64,000 nucleotides of DNA. Origin: Kudoa neothunni. Lineage: Eukaryota; Animalia; Cnidaria. The stretch is from the NCBI GenBank assembly GCA_964304625.1, contig OZ199840.1, positions 6,064,784-6,128,783 of the forward strand, in the 5' to 3' direction. Numbering within the stretch: the stretch's first letter is position 1; each line of letters begins with the position of its first letter. Shown piece after piece: positions 41,101 to 54,782 of this stretch. The position numbers and the translations under genes are program-made. The notes beneath the pieces are model-generated. The model did no database searches. It was not told the origin of the DNA and was given only the letters and a program-made list of their open reading frames with translations.

Positions 41101-42265
41101 CGCAGTTTGTTCGCTATATCGAAGTCATTATAATCTATCAAAGTAAAATACTTTAGGATGTTTTCTTGGTCCGTTGACATAGAGCTTTTATTTGGCAGAG
41201 TATGGGCGTGCCTCTCTTTTAAATTTTGAAGTGAACTTGGGCGCTAAAAAAATAAATCAATACTAGCTCAATTAACAACTTTAATTATACCACAGTGAAT
41301 TCTGGATTTAGATACAATCTTTTATTAAAAATTTCCGAGTTTCGATGCCTAAAATTTTTTATTGAAAGTCAGATTCAACAAAAAAACGAACATTGTATTT
41401 CTCCCCCCTTCATCCATATCTGATGAATTTTCTTTGGATAAGTTAACTTAAAACGTTACAACAATGAAAACTATGACAAAGAGGCTAAGTCTACTATCAG
41501 ATGGTCGAGGAGAATTAACGCCACATAACGACTGAGCCTCTTGGTTGGGTAATGTTGAGACACTTAGCACACTATTAGTAAAAAGTAATGGCATTCAATG
41601 TGGAATACTCAATATTCGGTTGGTTGTTTTGATTGGAATTTTCTTTGTTAAATTTAGAAACGGAGAAATTGGGATCAAGTGAAACAGTATCGTCAGCTAG
41701 ATACCACAAATAATTAATTATAGATTTTTGTGAATGAAAGTCACAAAAATACTATTTCGTTTCCTTTGAACAACCTAGGTTATATTGATTTCAATAATTG
41801 GTAAAATGTAAAATTTACTAATGTAAGTTCTGATTCAGTGGCTATATAATGTAAGGCTTGAGTTAAGGTTTCAGCTGAGCACACTCTCACATCATTTAAG
41901 TAAATCAATTTATCATCAGGCCTAAATTTATCGGTAATAAAAAAATCTTAATAGTGCATGAATATGCGATGAATACTGCAATAAACCATAGGCCTTTCCC
42001 TCTGGTTTTACTTTGTTTATTGTGAAACAAGCCCCTGATTTAGGTCCATTACGATTGGGAGAACTTTTCAGATGAAATCCCCAGGTGTCGTTTTTTGTTT
42101 TTTTCTTTATTATAAACGTGTGTATCTCATCCTATGTATGTGAGTTATTTTAAGCGATGCCGATTACAGTACAAAATGTTTTCGATAATCCTACTACTTA
42201 TTTAAGTCTCTTACTTTGCCTGATTCAATTTTTTGAGACTTAAACTCTGAATTATCTTCATACAT
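35116..42265 (-). CDS. ZO-1/Polychaetoid-like MAGUK scaffold (PDZ x3 - SH3 - GuK - ZU5), multi-exon
   Basis: PDZ1 (EIHTFII...WGFHL...GKAYGLLQPDD...VVQRKR), a divergent PDZ2 at about 40130-40450, and PDZ3 (LGVKLGGGNIHGIFIVGV...EEATHTL...DGDDVYVK). SH3 (DDILHITST), a degenerate GuK, and a ZU5-like end (ILMVPHGEI ... LLVGPISLITNRTLVL) split by a 2.4-kb intron (37830-35433). The start codon is tentative. Confidence 0.75.
36132..37069 (+). mobile_element. Internally deleted pogo/Tigger-like element inside a ZO-1 intron
   Basis: Imperfect TIRs CAGTCGAGCCTCGATATTGC and GCATTACCGAAGCACGACTG, with TA on both sides. An internal MPRIKR...EKFKII resembles the start of a pogo HTH. Confidence 0.75.
37600..37644. 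mobile_element. piggyBac terminus (intronic)
   Basis: GGGGTCGCGATATATCTCGCC subterminal palindrome then GGGAGGG|TTAA (TTAA 37641-37644). Confidence 0.45.
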
Positions 42266-43435
42266 ACTTAAGATCAGTTTATTTCTGATATGATGTTATT
42301 CGCTTATTGAATCTCACGAACAGCTAATAAGATTGAAGGAATTAAGCTGATTGAAAACATCTTTCTAGCAAACACGTATTCGGAATTAGAATCTAATCAA
42401 CACATTATAGTATATTATATATTATTATAATTTAAAAATCACAACCAAATATTGTCCATCTCGCCAATTATAACGATGAAAAATCCTCATTAATTCCAAT
42501 GGGTACTGTTTAGTCCCTCCTTTACCGATTAAATGAATCGGATATAATAATTGAATGATTAAATAAATGAATTTAATAGTTGCTTACTATATTTTAATTC
42601 TATAAGAAAATATTTACCGCTAGAAATATTCAGTTTAAATGATTTTAATTGAAAAATATAAAATTTTATCATTAGTCAAGATTTTCACATAAATATAACT
42701 CATATAATAATGATCCACATAATTACAAAATGTTATTTTTATATTGAGCTATTATTATTCTTGGTTTAAATCATTCCTAGTACGATTAACGAGAATTAAT
42801 CTGATAATTTTTAAGCCATTATTTTTCTATAATTTTTTCAGATTAATTCCACTAAATCAGCTCCAATTATGGATTGTTTCAGTTTATTACATTTCTCAAG
42901 AAAATATCATGATGTATAAATTGGGAATTCTTTGTTTGGTAACCTCACCGATTTTTTGAGTATTAAAACGAAGTCATTTATTAATTGAAAATAAATTTTA
43001 TATATAAATATGGCATAATGGTTTATTTGTGTTATTATAAGATCATATAAAAACTTCCATCACATGGAACAATATAAAACGTGATTGGGAAATAATCATA
43101 CTCGTATTTTAGCCTTAAATCGATAAACCGACTTGTTATCATCTGATTTTAATTCCTGTTATAGCTTTTACATTACACTTTTAATATGTTTAATCAAAAC
43201 TTCTCTGGCAATTTCAACCATTATAGAATTTAACCTAAGATATAAAACTACTGAAATCCGATTTAAACTTTTTTGTGTTAAAGACATTTGCTCTAACTTG
43301 AAATTAATTTGTTAAGTACAACGAAAATTTTTCTTGTGCCAACATACCCGGCTTCTTCTAAGAGTGAGATTATTTATTTGGAAAAACTAAGCGAATAAAA
43401 ATAACCTTTATCATACAACAGACCCCTCGATTATA

Positions 43436-43833
43436 CAGTAGGCAACCGATAATACGTATTGAACTGCGTGCGTATTTATGTGAGGGTTGTGTTTTCTTTA
43501 TTTTTCAGCATGGATATTACACCTTTTGTTTAATTGGACTAAAAAACATTATTGTGATTATTCAGGCGAAAAATAATTCACAGTTTTTGTTTTAATCATA
43601 TTTATTGATATAATATTTATATCCGTTTACATAGGGGTAAAATTTAGTGAATGGTCAGTTCTAACAAATTATAAATACTATTTTATTTCGTATTCATTTT
43701 TTAGTGCAATATGAATTTTTCTATTCGTTCATAAATTCAACCACCGTAATTAAAATATTTCCTTCGTTTCCAATAAAAACAATTTAACCTACGCGGTTTG
43801 GCCGAAAAAGTACGTATTATCGGTTGCCTACTG
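43436..43833. mobile_element. MITE (Tc1/mariner-superfamily type), 398 bp
   Basis: Perfect 23-bp TIRs CAGTAGGCAACCGATAATACGTA and TACGTATTATCGGTTGCCTACTG. TA on the left, CA on the right. No coding capacity. Confidence 0.9.
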
Positions 43834-45464
43834 CAATATTGTTCTTTTGACGACAACGTTAATCGAAACAAGAAGTAATATCCTGCCCTCTTCGTTTGGA
43901 TTTGGAGCCGACTTTATTTATAATTAAAAATCGAAATCTCATAAACTTATAGTTGAAGCAGCTGCGGAAACACAAAGTTATCTACGCTTACCTCCACAGT
44001 CAACAACGGTCACTGCGTAGTTGGATATTGCGAATTAATTTTAGACATCAGTAAATTTAACAATATCTCCAAATTAAAGTGTATTATCATTATTTGGTGA
44101 TTTTTATATTAATATAAATTATTCAGGATAAAATTTATTAAATAACAAAAATTGAACTAATAGTCAATAAAGAAAAACAGAAATATTTTTATAATTATAA
44201 ATTTTATCCACATGTACAAATTTATTAGTACTTTGGTTTCCTTACAAGATTACATGTTGTTATTTTAATTTGAGTAGATTCATTGATTTTAAACTATAAT
44301 TGTTGGTCGATGTACGTAAATCCAAAAGCAACAATGATAACACATGAATGTATGCTTTTACTATTAGATTGTTTTAGGGTTAAATTAACTCTATTTTATT
44401 GCATAAAAAAGATAATAATAAAAATACAGAATAAATTTATTCATTAGAGCAGAGTTTAATTGCCGATTAAATTAAAAAATATTTTTATTATATTTAATGT
44501 TATTGATGTAACTACGACAAATGGATAATGTTAACAATGAGGATGACATTTAAATATTTTACATAGAATACTGTGAGCTTAATTACTAAATACAAATTGA
44601 CTTCTTTGATGCATATATCTCTGAGATCCTAAATCGATGATCAAATTGATGATAAAAAAAATATTAAAATGATGTGATAAAAAAATAACTCACGTATATA
44701 ACACTTTTTTAAAATAATCATACTTTATATTAATTTCGAAACATTACTAGGTTTTGTTTTTATGTCTGCGCAATCTAACGGCTGTGTGGAGCAGAATTTT
44801 TATTTTTATGTAACTCAGTATAATATTTATGTGGGAAAATAAAACTTTTATCGATTAATTAAATTATAAACAAATAGGGAAAAGATTGCAATAAGACATT
44901 AAACTCTCAATATGTTCATTGATCATTATGATGAAAATAAGTATTTAGAAAAAGTAAAGTATTTCTATTTTACCCTTATTGGTTAAATTTATTATAGGTG
45001 TTATATTTTTTATTATAAATAACATATACATTGATACCATTATAATGTTGAAAACCGTTAAAAAAATTTATAAACTAAAACATCATTATTGATTATTGAA
45101 AATGATATTTAATTGTAAAAATTTTAAAATTTTAGTAGTGTAGTAAAAAACTTTCTTTAAATACTGAAAACCGACCTATAATTATATATGATAAGTATTA
45201 AAAAGCGAATAATATATTGGAACAAATTGCATTTTGGGATTTAATCATCATATATTTTTTCTTCACAATTAAAAATGTTAATTTTTAACCCCATTTTTAT
45301 AAAAATATTTTATTACGTTTTTCAACTGTAATAATATCTAATTGCATCTTTGTTAAAAAAATTTAAATGAGTATAAATATAACCGATTATATAAGATGAA
45401 ATCATAAATTTCAAAATTAAATTAAACGTAAAATAACAATTTCATTCCAAACACGCGCACACCC

Positions 45465-45906
45465 ATGTATGTTATCATGGTTCTTACGTATATCTTTCGT
45501 ATTTTCTTACCCAACCCAACTTTGGTAAATCCAAATCTTTTTATAATTTGATTCCAAAAATTAGATTTTAAAGAAAAATTTATCGAAAATTAATTCAGAA
45601 GGAACACCTTTCTATATACATAATGTCGATCGAGTTTGCTTTTAATTCTCAACTTATAAAGTTTTAATAAATCCAACAAGATTTTTATATCATTATTAAT
45701 CAGTTAGATCACGGAAACATATGAAATCATAGAATCTGGTTATTATTCTTATAAGAACAATCCATCTATTTCAAATAAAAATTCTCAATATGACGCAAAT
45801 CCAAATGAAAATGACTACATCACGTATGTATTTAACGCGGACACATTTTTAACTTAGACCCAAATGGATTGAATGGCTTCTACCCAGTGAGGGATGGGAT
45901 ATCTAA
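45465..45906 (+). CDS. Orphan 97-aa protein with hydrophobic N-terminus, 4 exons
   Basis: Exons 45465-45524, 45565-45633, 45708-45823 and 45858-45906 splice in frame via GT-AG introns: MYVIMVLTYIFRIFLPNPTLILKKNL...NENDYITPKWIEWLLPSEGWDI*. AATAAA lies about 10 bp after the stop. Confidence 0.55.
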
Positions 45907-46317
45907 AATTGTAGAATAAACATTGAAATGTACTTTTATAACAATTTTCCCAAAAAATAAATGTTGATTAGTTCGCTTAAAAGAAAATAAATGAGTTTTA
46001 TTTGCATGCGCACGCAAATAGGTGGATGTTGCGTACCTTCTTGGCATTCCCCCAAAAACTGCGCAATAACCATTGTTGACTGTATATTATATTGAGACTC
46101 ACATGATAAAATAATCTTACTATTTCTAGCGCTAATCTACTTTCAAAAAATTTCCACTACAAATTCACCACTTTATAAGCATGCGGAATGCTCCGTTATA
46201 TTTTTGTAGTTAATTTTATATTTTTTAAAGTATATTAAAAGACTCATTAAGTAGAATAAGTCTCTGTATAGGTAGAAGAGTTGTGCACACACGTGGACAC
46301 CACAACTTTATATACAC

Positions 46318-46338
46318 GGATAGATAGATAGATAGATA
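46318..46338. repeat. (GATA)n microsatellite
   Basis: gatagatagatagatagata is directly visible. Confidence 0.85.
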
Positions 46339-49200
46339 AAACGTTATCATGCTCATAGTTCGAATCTATATAGCCGAAGGCATGGTTTTTCTAATATTTA
46401 AAAATATTCTTCAATTATACTGATAATTTGCTAAATAATAATTATAACATTAGACTTTTAGTTCTGACTTAAAGCTGTATAACTGTCTCACTCACTATAA
46501 TAACTTAGATAATGAAAAAAGGAGGTTTCTATCGTTATTTTATATAAAATCCAATATAATTTTGACTGACTAAAATTATATTGGATTTATTATTTTGCGA
46601 GAAATAAGAAATTTCATATAATAATTACGTCATGTAAAGTGGGAAGAATAACCCCTATCTAATCTATCATGGACGAATGTGTGAACATTGCTAGTTAATA
46701 ATTATATCAAAACTTTCTGTCACTAAGTAAAAGCGCTGTGGCACTATATTAATACAGCGAGGTCTCTATATTGTGTAATTTAACGTTTACCTTCCATATT
46801 TCATTTAGTCTATTTATTTAAGTATGTTATATGTTCGTAATTTTCTAGTGAAATCTATATTACAGTTTTTAATTAAATTCTAATCATATAAATATTAAAA
46901 AATAGAGAATTACGTAGGGTTCCGCTACTGCATCATTATTTTCTATATTTAAATCTCATAATCCTTGAATTGGACTTCTTCGACGTTCAGTTTAATTAAA
47001 CTCTAATTAGGTTTTGGGTATTAAAGTAGAGTTATACAGTTTCATAAATAGATCAAATTAATATATTATTAAAAACCTATGATTGCGAAACATGTTACTT
47101 TCGAATTTGCAAGTCAATTTTTAGCCTATAAACAATTAATTACAATTATAATTTCCATAAATATCATCGCAATTATACAAAACTTTACCTAATAAAAATA
47201 AAACATTTCTTTAAAAATCCAGAAAGAACGGAATTTTAAATTTATGTACGTATTATAATAATGGTGTAACCATTTAAGACTAAAATTGGTAGAATGGGAG
47301 GGTAATGCTCCTTTACGTGGCATTTAATAAATTGAAAAATAAAGGAATTTTAATTAAATAAATATCTTTTTGATAAAATATTTTAAATTTATGATTAAAA
47401 TAATGGTATTAATTAAATCATAAGTGTGTTTCTATAACACAACAAAGACGAATTGCTTAATTTACTATCTGAAATTAACTGAGATGATACTCGTTTAAAT
47501 TCTAAAACTAATATCTAAAATACAACAGTTATAACAAAGGTATCATCATGTAACGTCATTATGGAATATCATATATTTTTGGAATCTGTCGAATTTTATT
47601 GGATAAAATTATTCTCCTCACCTCAAATTGTAATTTTTTATTTTTAGTAATAATATCAGAACCTCCATGGAAATGATAATTTATTACAAAATACCAACTC
47701 ATATTGTCTAGAAAAAACTTCATCAATTTTATTGCAAGTACTATTCACACATTCTACGTCTTCGTAATTATACTTTTTTTAACATTTTCAGTATAATTAT
47801 TTATCTTGCATTTTGTAAAACCCCCTTTAATGGAGTGTTTATATAAAATTCTGATATTTATACGTATTCGAAATTTAGAAAGAATCATAACCAATCAACT
47901 TATTATTATTTGACGAAGGTTCGATATCTGTAGCACGAGACAAGCTAAATTCTTATCAGTAGTCGTCTATGAAAGTTACTTAAAACGAATGATATCGCCT
48001 AAGCTTTCAAATTTAATTCTAATCATTATGTGCAATAATCTTCTTACATAACAGTAAATAATCGAATATGAGTTATTTAATGCCACCGAAAAATAAATAT
48101 TCCTATTTTGAATATTCTATTAAACCATAATCGAAAAAACCCGGTATATTCATTTTGCCGCTTAAAAGCTGTCTACAGTTACAAATCGAAAATTATCGAT
48201 ATCACTATTGACTCACACTACATTTTAGCCATCTGAATGAACATTTCTTCAAATAATTTAATGAGATTTCAATTAATCATAATATCTGTTATAAAAAAAT
48301 TTCATATTACGTCCACAAACAGGTTTTGACATTAACAGGTCTAATCCACTGACATAGGCGTGGGCGTATCCTCGACATTCAATAATATAACTTAACGTGC
48401 TACCATTCAGGGGTCACTGATAATATAAGACTGATCATTTATTATGAATAGTTTTTTGTCGATCATATACATTTTAAACAGTTCCTCATCACTATTTAAT
48501 AACATCGTCTCAAAGTAATCAACGTTTTCCCATGGGGCATCGCGAGTTTGTGAAAGGGTTGAATCGAGCGGGGAAATTATTCTTGACTCTCATGAAATCT
48601 TGGTATTCGAATCGCTACGAGCACTTACACATTTTGGAAATATATTTGATGCCCATCTTTTGCAGGATTAAAGTGCACACCTAATGACAATCAACAAAAT
48701 AATCGCTTTCATTTTACTGCGAGTTCCATAGGGAATCATTTAAGTGTTTATTTTGGAATTAATGCCGATTAGAAGTTGTTTACATATTAGGAATTAATCC
48801 ACTCGATTATTAGTTAATATTAATTCGAGCCTATTCTATTATTTAAGATAGAATTCCTTCGTTTGTGTAGTTTCTCCAATTATATCAATGTATCAATGTG
48901 ATAAAGTTTTTTAAACAATATTCCCACTCTAACTAACCAATCCTAAATATGCATGATACGATGTAATCATACTAAGCAGATTACTCTTAATCCCTTAAGA
49001 TCACCTTATTTATAAGATCAGTTAAAAGGTAGGTGGATAATCTAAGGATATTCAACAAATTTAACCTGTCTCATTAATATTTTTAGTTGCAAGCTAGTGC
49101 AACTTTGATAAGAAATGAGATAGGATTGTGTTCACGTGACTTTTCGCGCATATATCGTTATAATAAGTAAAATCTGCGCGAGGCGTGAACAGGTAAATTG

Positions 49201-50114
49201 ATGGAAGAAGCAATACGCGATCAAGTTGGTAATGTTCCCAAAGACAAAGTAATATTTATTCTATCAATTAAAATGTTATCATTTCGGTATGTTATCATTT
49301 TTGGCGTTAGGTCCTGGAACTTAATTTAATTTCATGCCCTCCAATCGACTTGAAACAACTTGAACCATATACCTCGTTATGTGCTCTAGCATTGTCTGAT
49401 AATGATATAACTTCATTGGAGGATCTACCTGAGTTTAAAGAATTGATCACGGTATATAATTATGATATGACGTGTTTTTTATTTCAGTGTGATTGTTGTA
49501 ATGTGTAGTTGGATCTGTCCGGAAACCGAATTGCAAACGGGTTCGAAGTTCTTAGCACCAAATGTAATCAGATAACCGGTCTCGATTTATCCAGAAATCC
49601 AATTGAAAATCTGGATGATCTTAAGTGTTTATCAGATATAATTAATTTGGAAAGTCTCTGTTTGGAAGAATGTCCTGTTACCGACAATGCCAGCTATAGA
49701 CCAACTATATTTTCAATATGTGAGAACCTGATTGCGTTGGATGGATTGGATGCGGATGGACACCCAGTAGATACGTCTGAGGAGGAATACGATGACGACG
49801 ACGAAGATGAGGATGACGATGAAGAGACGTCCACCAACTCTGACACTCGTCTAGAGGTTCTTCTTGGTGATGATATTCCTAGTGAGCTGGATGATAGCGA
49901 ATTTCAGATGGATGATTCTGCTTTGAATGAAGCCCAATCGCTCAATGAAAGATCAACCACTTTGAATGAATCGGTTGTCGAGAATGATGTTGATTCAGCG
50001 GAAATGGCGTCATCATCGAAAGTCACATCGGAAGAAAGTGCTGAAAAACGTCCAATCTCAGATTCTATTGAGGGAGTTATTCATCCATCACCCACCAAAA
50101 AACCTAAAGTCTAA
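49201..50114 (+). CDS. ANP32: Acidic leucine-rich nuclear phosphoprotein 32 family protein, 3 exons
   Basis: Exons 49201-49248, 49311-49451 and 49509-50114: VLELNL..C, LRRs (LDLSGNRI, LDLSRNPI), LRR cap (CPVT...YR..IF....L..LDG), an acidic tail and a terminal NLS PTKKPKV. Confidence 0.92.
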
Positions 50115-50468
50115 TGAATCGCGCTACTCTGTTGTTGTGGACTAGAGTCAAGTGTTATAACAATATTGATTCATTATTATTGTAATGTGATGATGGGTTG
50201 GTTGTGTTTGGTTGATATTTATGTGTGCGTTTTCGATTATTTTATGGGTTTATTTTGGTCAATATGCGGTAAATCGAGTTAACGACGAAACTCTTAACCA
50301 ATGTCCATGCTCGGGATCGTTTTATGGAGTTACGTAGGTGTGTTTTGGTTGGGTTGAATAGACGATCGTCCTTTAGAATGACTACTTAAATATTCCGCCC
50401 AAGTGGATTATTCTCCATCCATATACCTAATTGATGCTTTTGAAGTCAGCGTTAATTTTGATAGAGAG

Positions 50469-51414
50469 ATGAAACTATGTTTTCGAGCCAAATTATGTTT
50501 GATAGGTCAGATATTCGTTGTTTTGTTAGGAAATTGTAGCATTACGGCAATATCTAGTTCGACTCCGACTCCAGGTCCAGGTAGGCGTTAGCTCTTTTTA
50601 CTGTGGTGATTCTATTGAGAGACGAACTGTCACTAATTTTAAACTGCTGTTTAGTACGATGTATGAGCAAACAAGCTAAGCAAATGATCAGTAGCGGTAG
50701 CGAGTCATTCTTAGCGTCTTCCATCAGCAAAGATAATACTGAGCTGAATAGTATCGATTTTATCGGTTATGATTTCGGTCAATGACACTGCTGTCACTAT
50801 TATCGATAATGATCAGCATTGTATGTCACCTCCAGGTACAAAATTGTTGTTCGCCGTTAAATATGACCCATGCTTAACCAAACGCTTCAACAATACCAAT
50901 GTGTATTTGTCATTTTTCAGTATAACCAGGGCATCAAGACTCAACTGATGGTCATCCCATCTGTAGGGCGCTTCAAAGATGTTAACTACGAAAAGTAATT
51001 ATTCAATGATCTCTCGATTTTTAGGTTTATTATCTCCATCTAGTCCTATCTACAAGCATAGATGCAACGCAACTGTGTGGGACGAGAAACTGCTAAAAGT
51101 GCAATGTTTCGACATTATTTATGAAAATCTCAGCCCTCATCATAGCAATATTGAATTAAAACCAAAAATTGAATCCATCTACGCAATTGAAGCTATCAAT
51201 TGTAATTGAACTTTAGTGTATTGTGATTATGTTTTAAATAGGCACGTCAAATTACTTCCGCAGAATCTCGAGAAGAAATATTATTAATTTCTCGGTGAGT
51301 GTAATAATAGGACTGGTTGTTGCAGTTTCAATCTTCATTGTGTTCTTCAAAGTCGAATTGAACTTCGTGAAAGAACACATCGTCTTCGAAGCGAATGAAC
51401 CACCTGAGCAATAG
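50469..51414 (+). CDS. Orphan type-I membrane protein, 6 exons, about 225 aa
   Basis: Exons 50469-50580, 50656-50777, 50836-50900, 50967-50994, 51025-51201 and 51242-51414 splice in frame. Signal-like N-terminus, Cys- and N-glycan-sequon-containing ectodomain, TM FSVSVIIGLVVAVSIFIVFF and a short acidic tail. Confidence 0.65.
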
Positions 51415-51938
51415 TTTAGTTGTAGAATCTAAAATAGTCTAGCATAATATTTATTCTGGTTAATTTCAGTCTATTTGTATCAAGCATTATTGTATAAACT
51501 GCATTTTATTCGTAATATCTACATTTTTAAGACCTTCTCTAACTGGAGTCGGCAACCATTTTGAGTAACAGGCCGAACAGACATACCCTAACTCGAATGC
51601 AAGTGATATTTTTTATCAATCTACTAAAGTGTTCAATTATGCTTAATTCGAATTTTGAATTTAAATATATAATTAAAAATTTAATAAATTCCTTAAAGTA
51701 GAAAAATACTTCGAATCAAAAGCATTATATTCTAATAATTTTCACTTCTCATAATTAACTCGTGTTCAACTTGTTAATGAACACTATTGGACGATGTCAA
51801 GTAACATTAGACATGCCTTTTTAAAAATATTTTATACTTTTATGGAAATAATTTAACAGTCATATTTATTCCGGATTTCCGATTTAATGAAAATGAAATC
51901 AGTCACTAAAATATTTATATCAACAACATATCAACATT

Positions 51939-54633
51939 TTAACCTTCCGAGCGCATGAAAATCGACTTTACACATTCCTTATTTTGGGGTCCAATGGACC
52001 CCACATTTTTTGAGCTTGAATTATGGATAAAAATGAAATAAGTAATTTAGCAAAGTATGAGAGAAAACTATCGATAAAATATTGGAAAATATTACAATTA
52101 TAACACCGTCGGTAGTTAATGACGATTATCGAAACATTTAAAAGGTTGGATTAAACGAGTTTAGGCCTCTTTTTTAATATAATGGAATTTAATAAAACAT
52201 ATATATCATTCCCCATTAAATAATTCTTAAAAATTGTTTCCTTCGTAATTAATTTTCTAATAATCACGCCCAATATACCCGCAAACATATTATTCCATAA
52301 TACTTAAATGCGAGATATTTATATTACAAAATATCACGCAAACAACTTTTGAACTGCTTTCATTAAAGATGACTCTACAAACAGAAAATCCTCGCTTTTC
52401 TGTCTTGAGATTTCGAACCATAACAGCATCACTCGCGACAAAGTAATTCTATTATGCTATTATAATTTTTATCAATGCAATTTTTGTTTCTCTGAACATA
52501 ATCCTTCGCCAAACCATCTTCAAGCTCTTCTAGAAACTTAACTGTTGAACAATTGAGATCATAGAAAACAGTCATTAAGATAAAATCAATTAACCAAGCT
52601 AATACCACCCTAATGAAGAATACTGCTGTCGACCATCGATTCGTTTACTTTGTACACTCGTTGTAACAATAATATGATCCATTGTTCCCATTCTTCCCTT
52701 TTTAACGATTATATTCCAGGTTAACAACAGGTTTTTTCAGTCTGTATCTTCAACATTTGTAATGAACCGGAGGTTGTTAGTATTAAAATTGCTTTACCTT
52801 TTATAGGAACATAGATGATTAGTATTAGTTTTTGATTAAACAAAAGTGTACTAAAACTTCCCGGTTGGAATTCGTTTTTTAAATAATTTGTAATATCTCG
52901 ATTATTATTTCGGAGGTGTTCCAGTCATTCCCCCTGCAAGAGTTTTTGGGAAATGGAAACAGAAGTAAAGAAACTTTCACAAATGATATTTCTCCACTTT
53001 CCATTAATGATGACACAAGATCTAGGACAATATCTCCTCAACATTTTCTGACGCTTCATTATTATTTTTATCCAAATACACAGGAAGTTATAAGTGTACT
53101 TGGTCTCGGGATTGGAAAGGAGAAAATACGTAATTCCGTATATATTGCCCGAAGAAAAATTTTCCCTAAAGGCAAATAGCAGCTGGTCGTCAATGGTCAA
53201 ACTCTCCGGGGGTAACAAAGTTCGGAACGACAATCTTTCGAATCCTTAAAAATATCATAAATGGGGAAGAACCCATCCATGATCGTTCAAGCTTCACTAG
53301 TTTTGAATTCCTCCTAATGAATAGCCCTCGAAATTTGATTCAACCCATTTAATGGTATAATCTTTCGAAAAATATCCCTTCGCTTTCCAACACTCCAAAG
53401 CAATTTGAATCATTCTAATTAAGATTAAAAATGGGAATATAATTATGGATTCCCAAATTAGCTAATAAATCTTGTTTTGAAAAATCTTCAAATAACTCTG
53501 ATAATTAAAATTGGTAAACGTGTTAATGTTTTAAGTAACAATTGAGAAAATAAATAGATTCACCATCAAATATGAGGAATGATCAGCAAATAAGGTGATT
53601 CTGTTTGAAACATAAGAAGCTGAACCTGGACACTTTGAAAAATATTTCGTTTAAAACTTTTAATTATTTAAAGTCCCTCAAAAAACCAATTAACATCATC
53701 CTTATCTTCGTAAATTTTTCGATAGCGTTTATTATCTTCAGAAACATTAGAATGACATATATATCTAAATTACCAAAAGATGTTATAAAATTAATTGATA
53801 TCGGATTCAAATTCATCCAAAATATTACGCTCAGAACCATTTATGGCAGCGTTTTACTCGTCGGTACTGATCGACATTTAACGTATGTATGATTTTTTCA
53901 ATTTTTGTCTGTTTCCTTTCGATATAATTTTATTTAATTATCAAAATTGTTGTAAATTATTTTTCTTTGTTGTTTGATAGAAAAAAGGATTAAGACAATA
54001 GCAATGTGCTTTATTTAATTTAAAAGTTAACCTCATAATTGCGCAATATAAGTGTATCAATGTCAGGTTCGAACTTCTCAAATCAATTGTCTATTGACAA
54101 ATTATCGATATGACTGCTTTTAATTCATTTATTGTGTTGGTTCAAAGAATTCGGGCATGTTTGAAAGATAAACCTAATTGCCGACAACAATTTTTAGTGA
54201 CGTATCCATTTTGTTAATTACAAGCCACCAAAAGAGGAGCTGAAGACCAAAAAATTGGATGTTAACCCGCCTTCAAGCGTTCTCTTGGAGAATTAGAGTT
54301 TAAATTCAATTAGAATAACACGTCAATTACGAAAAATAACAATATAAATGCTCGGAAACGATTTATTTTATGTCCTACACGCATCGTAAGGATCATAAGG
54401 CGGAACAAACAAGCATATCATAGTTGTACCAACATTATATATAACGAGCATTCAATAAAAATACTAACCTATTGGAATGTCCACAAAAATAAATTATTTA
54501 TTGTATATCATGTAGTTTTTACCGCGTAATAACGTATTAAAGTAAGCAAATGTAGCTTAAAAATCTAATCCACTAAAGGGGAGAAATTAATCTTGGTGGA
54601 CTCGTCGAGCCCAGGTCACCCATTAAGGGTTAA
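51939..54633 (-). mobile_element. piggyBac (PGBD4-like) element with disrupted transposase
   Basis: TTAA|CCTTCC end at 51939 with a GGGGTCC..GGACCCC palindrome. Minus-strand PESLTIDDQLL.AFR, IIYVPIKGKAILIL and TNRWSTAVFF with stops and frameshifts. GGG|TTAA end at 54633, but the TIRs do not match well, so the right boundary is uncertain. Confidence 0.8.
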
Positions 54634-54782
54634 CACACAAAGCGATAAATTAAAACCGAAAAAATGAGATTGTTATTAGAGAACAACAATACGAATTCAT
54701 TTTCGAATAATAATTGTAAGGTAAATGAAAGTAGCAAGTAATACGCAAATTGATGCGAAATAATAATGCCAATGGCATCCGA

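Noticed and set aside
37781-42265. Dlg5 assignment for the MAGUK
   Set aside because: GGNIHG resembles Dlg5, but three PDZ domains, a ZO-1-like PDZ1, no coiled-coil/CARD N-terminus and a ZU5-like C-terminus favour ZO-1.
48480-48700. Possible Tc1/mariner catalytic-end fragment
   Set aside because: Too degenerate, and no TIR was found.
50280-51430. Possible minus-strand multi-exon gene
   Set aside because: The exons could not be joined without stops, whereas the plus strand gives a clean six-exon model.
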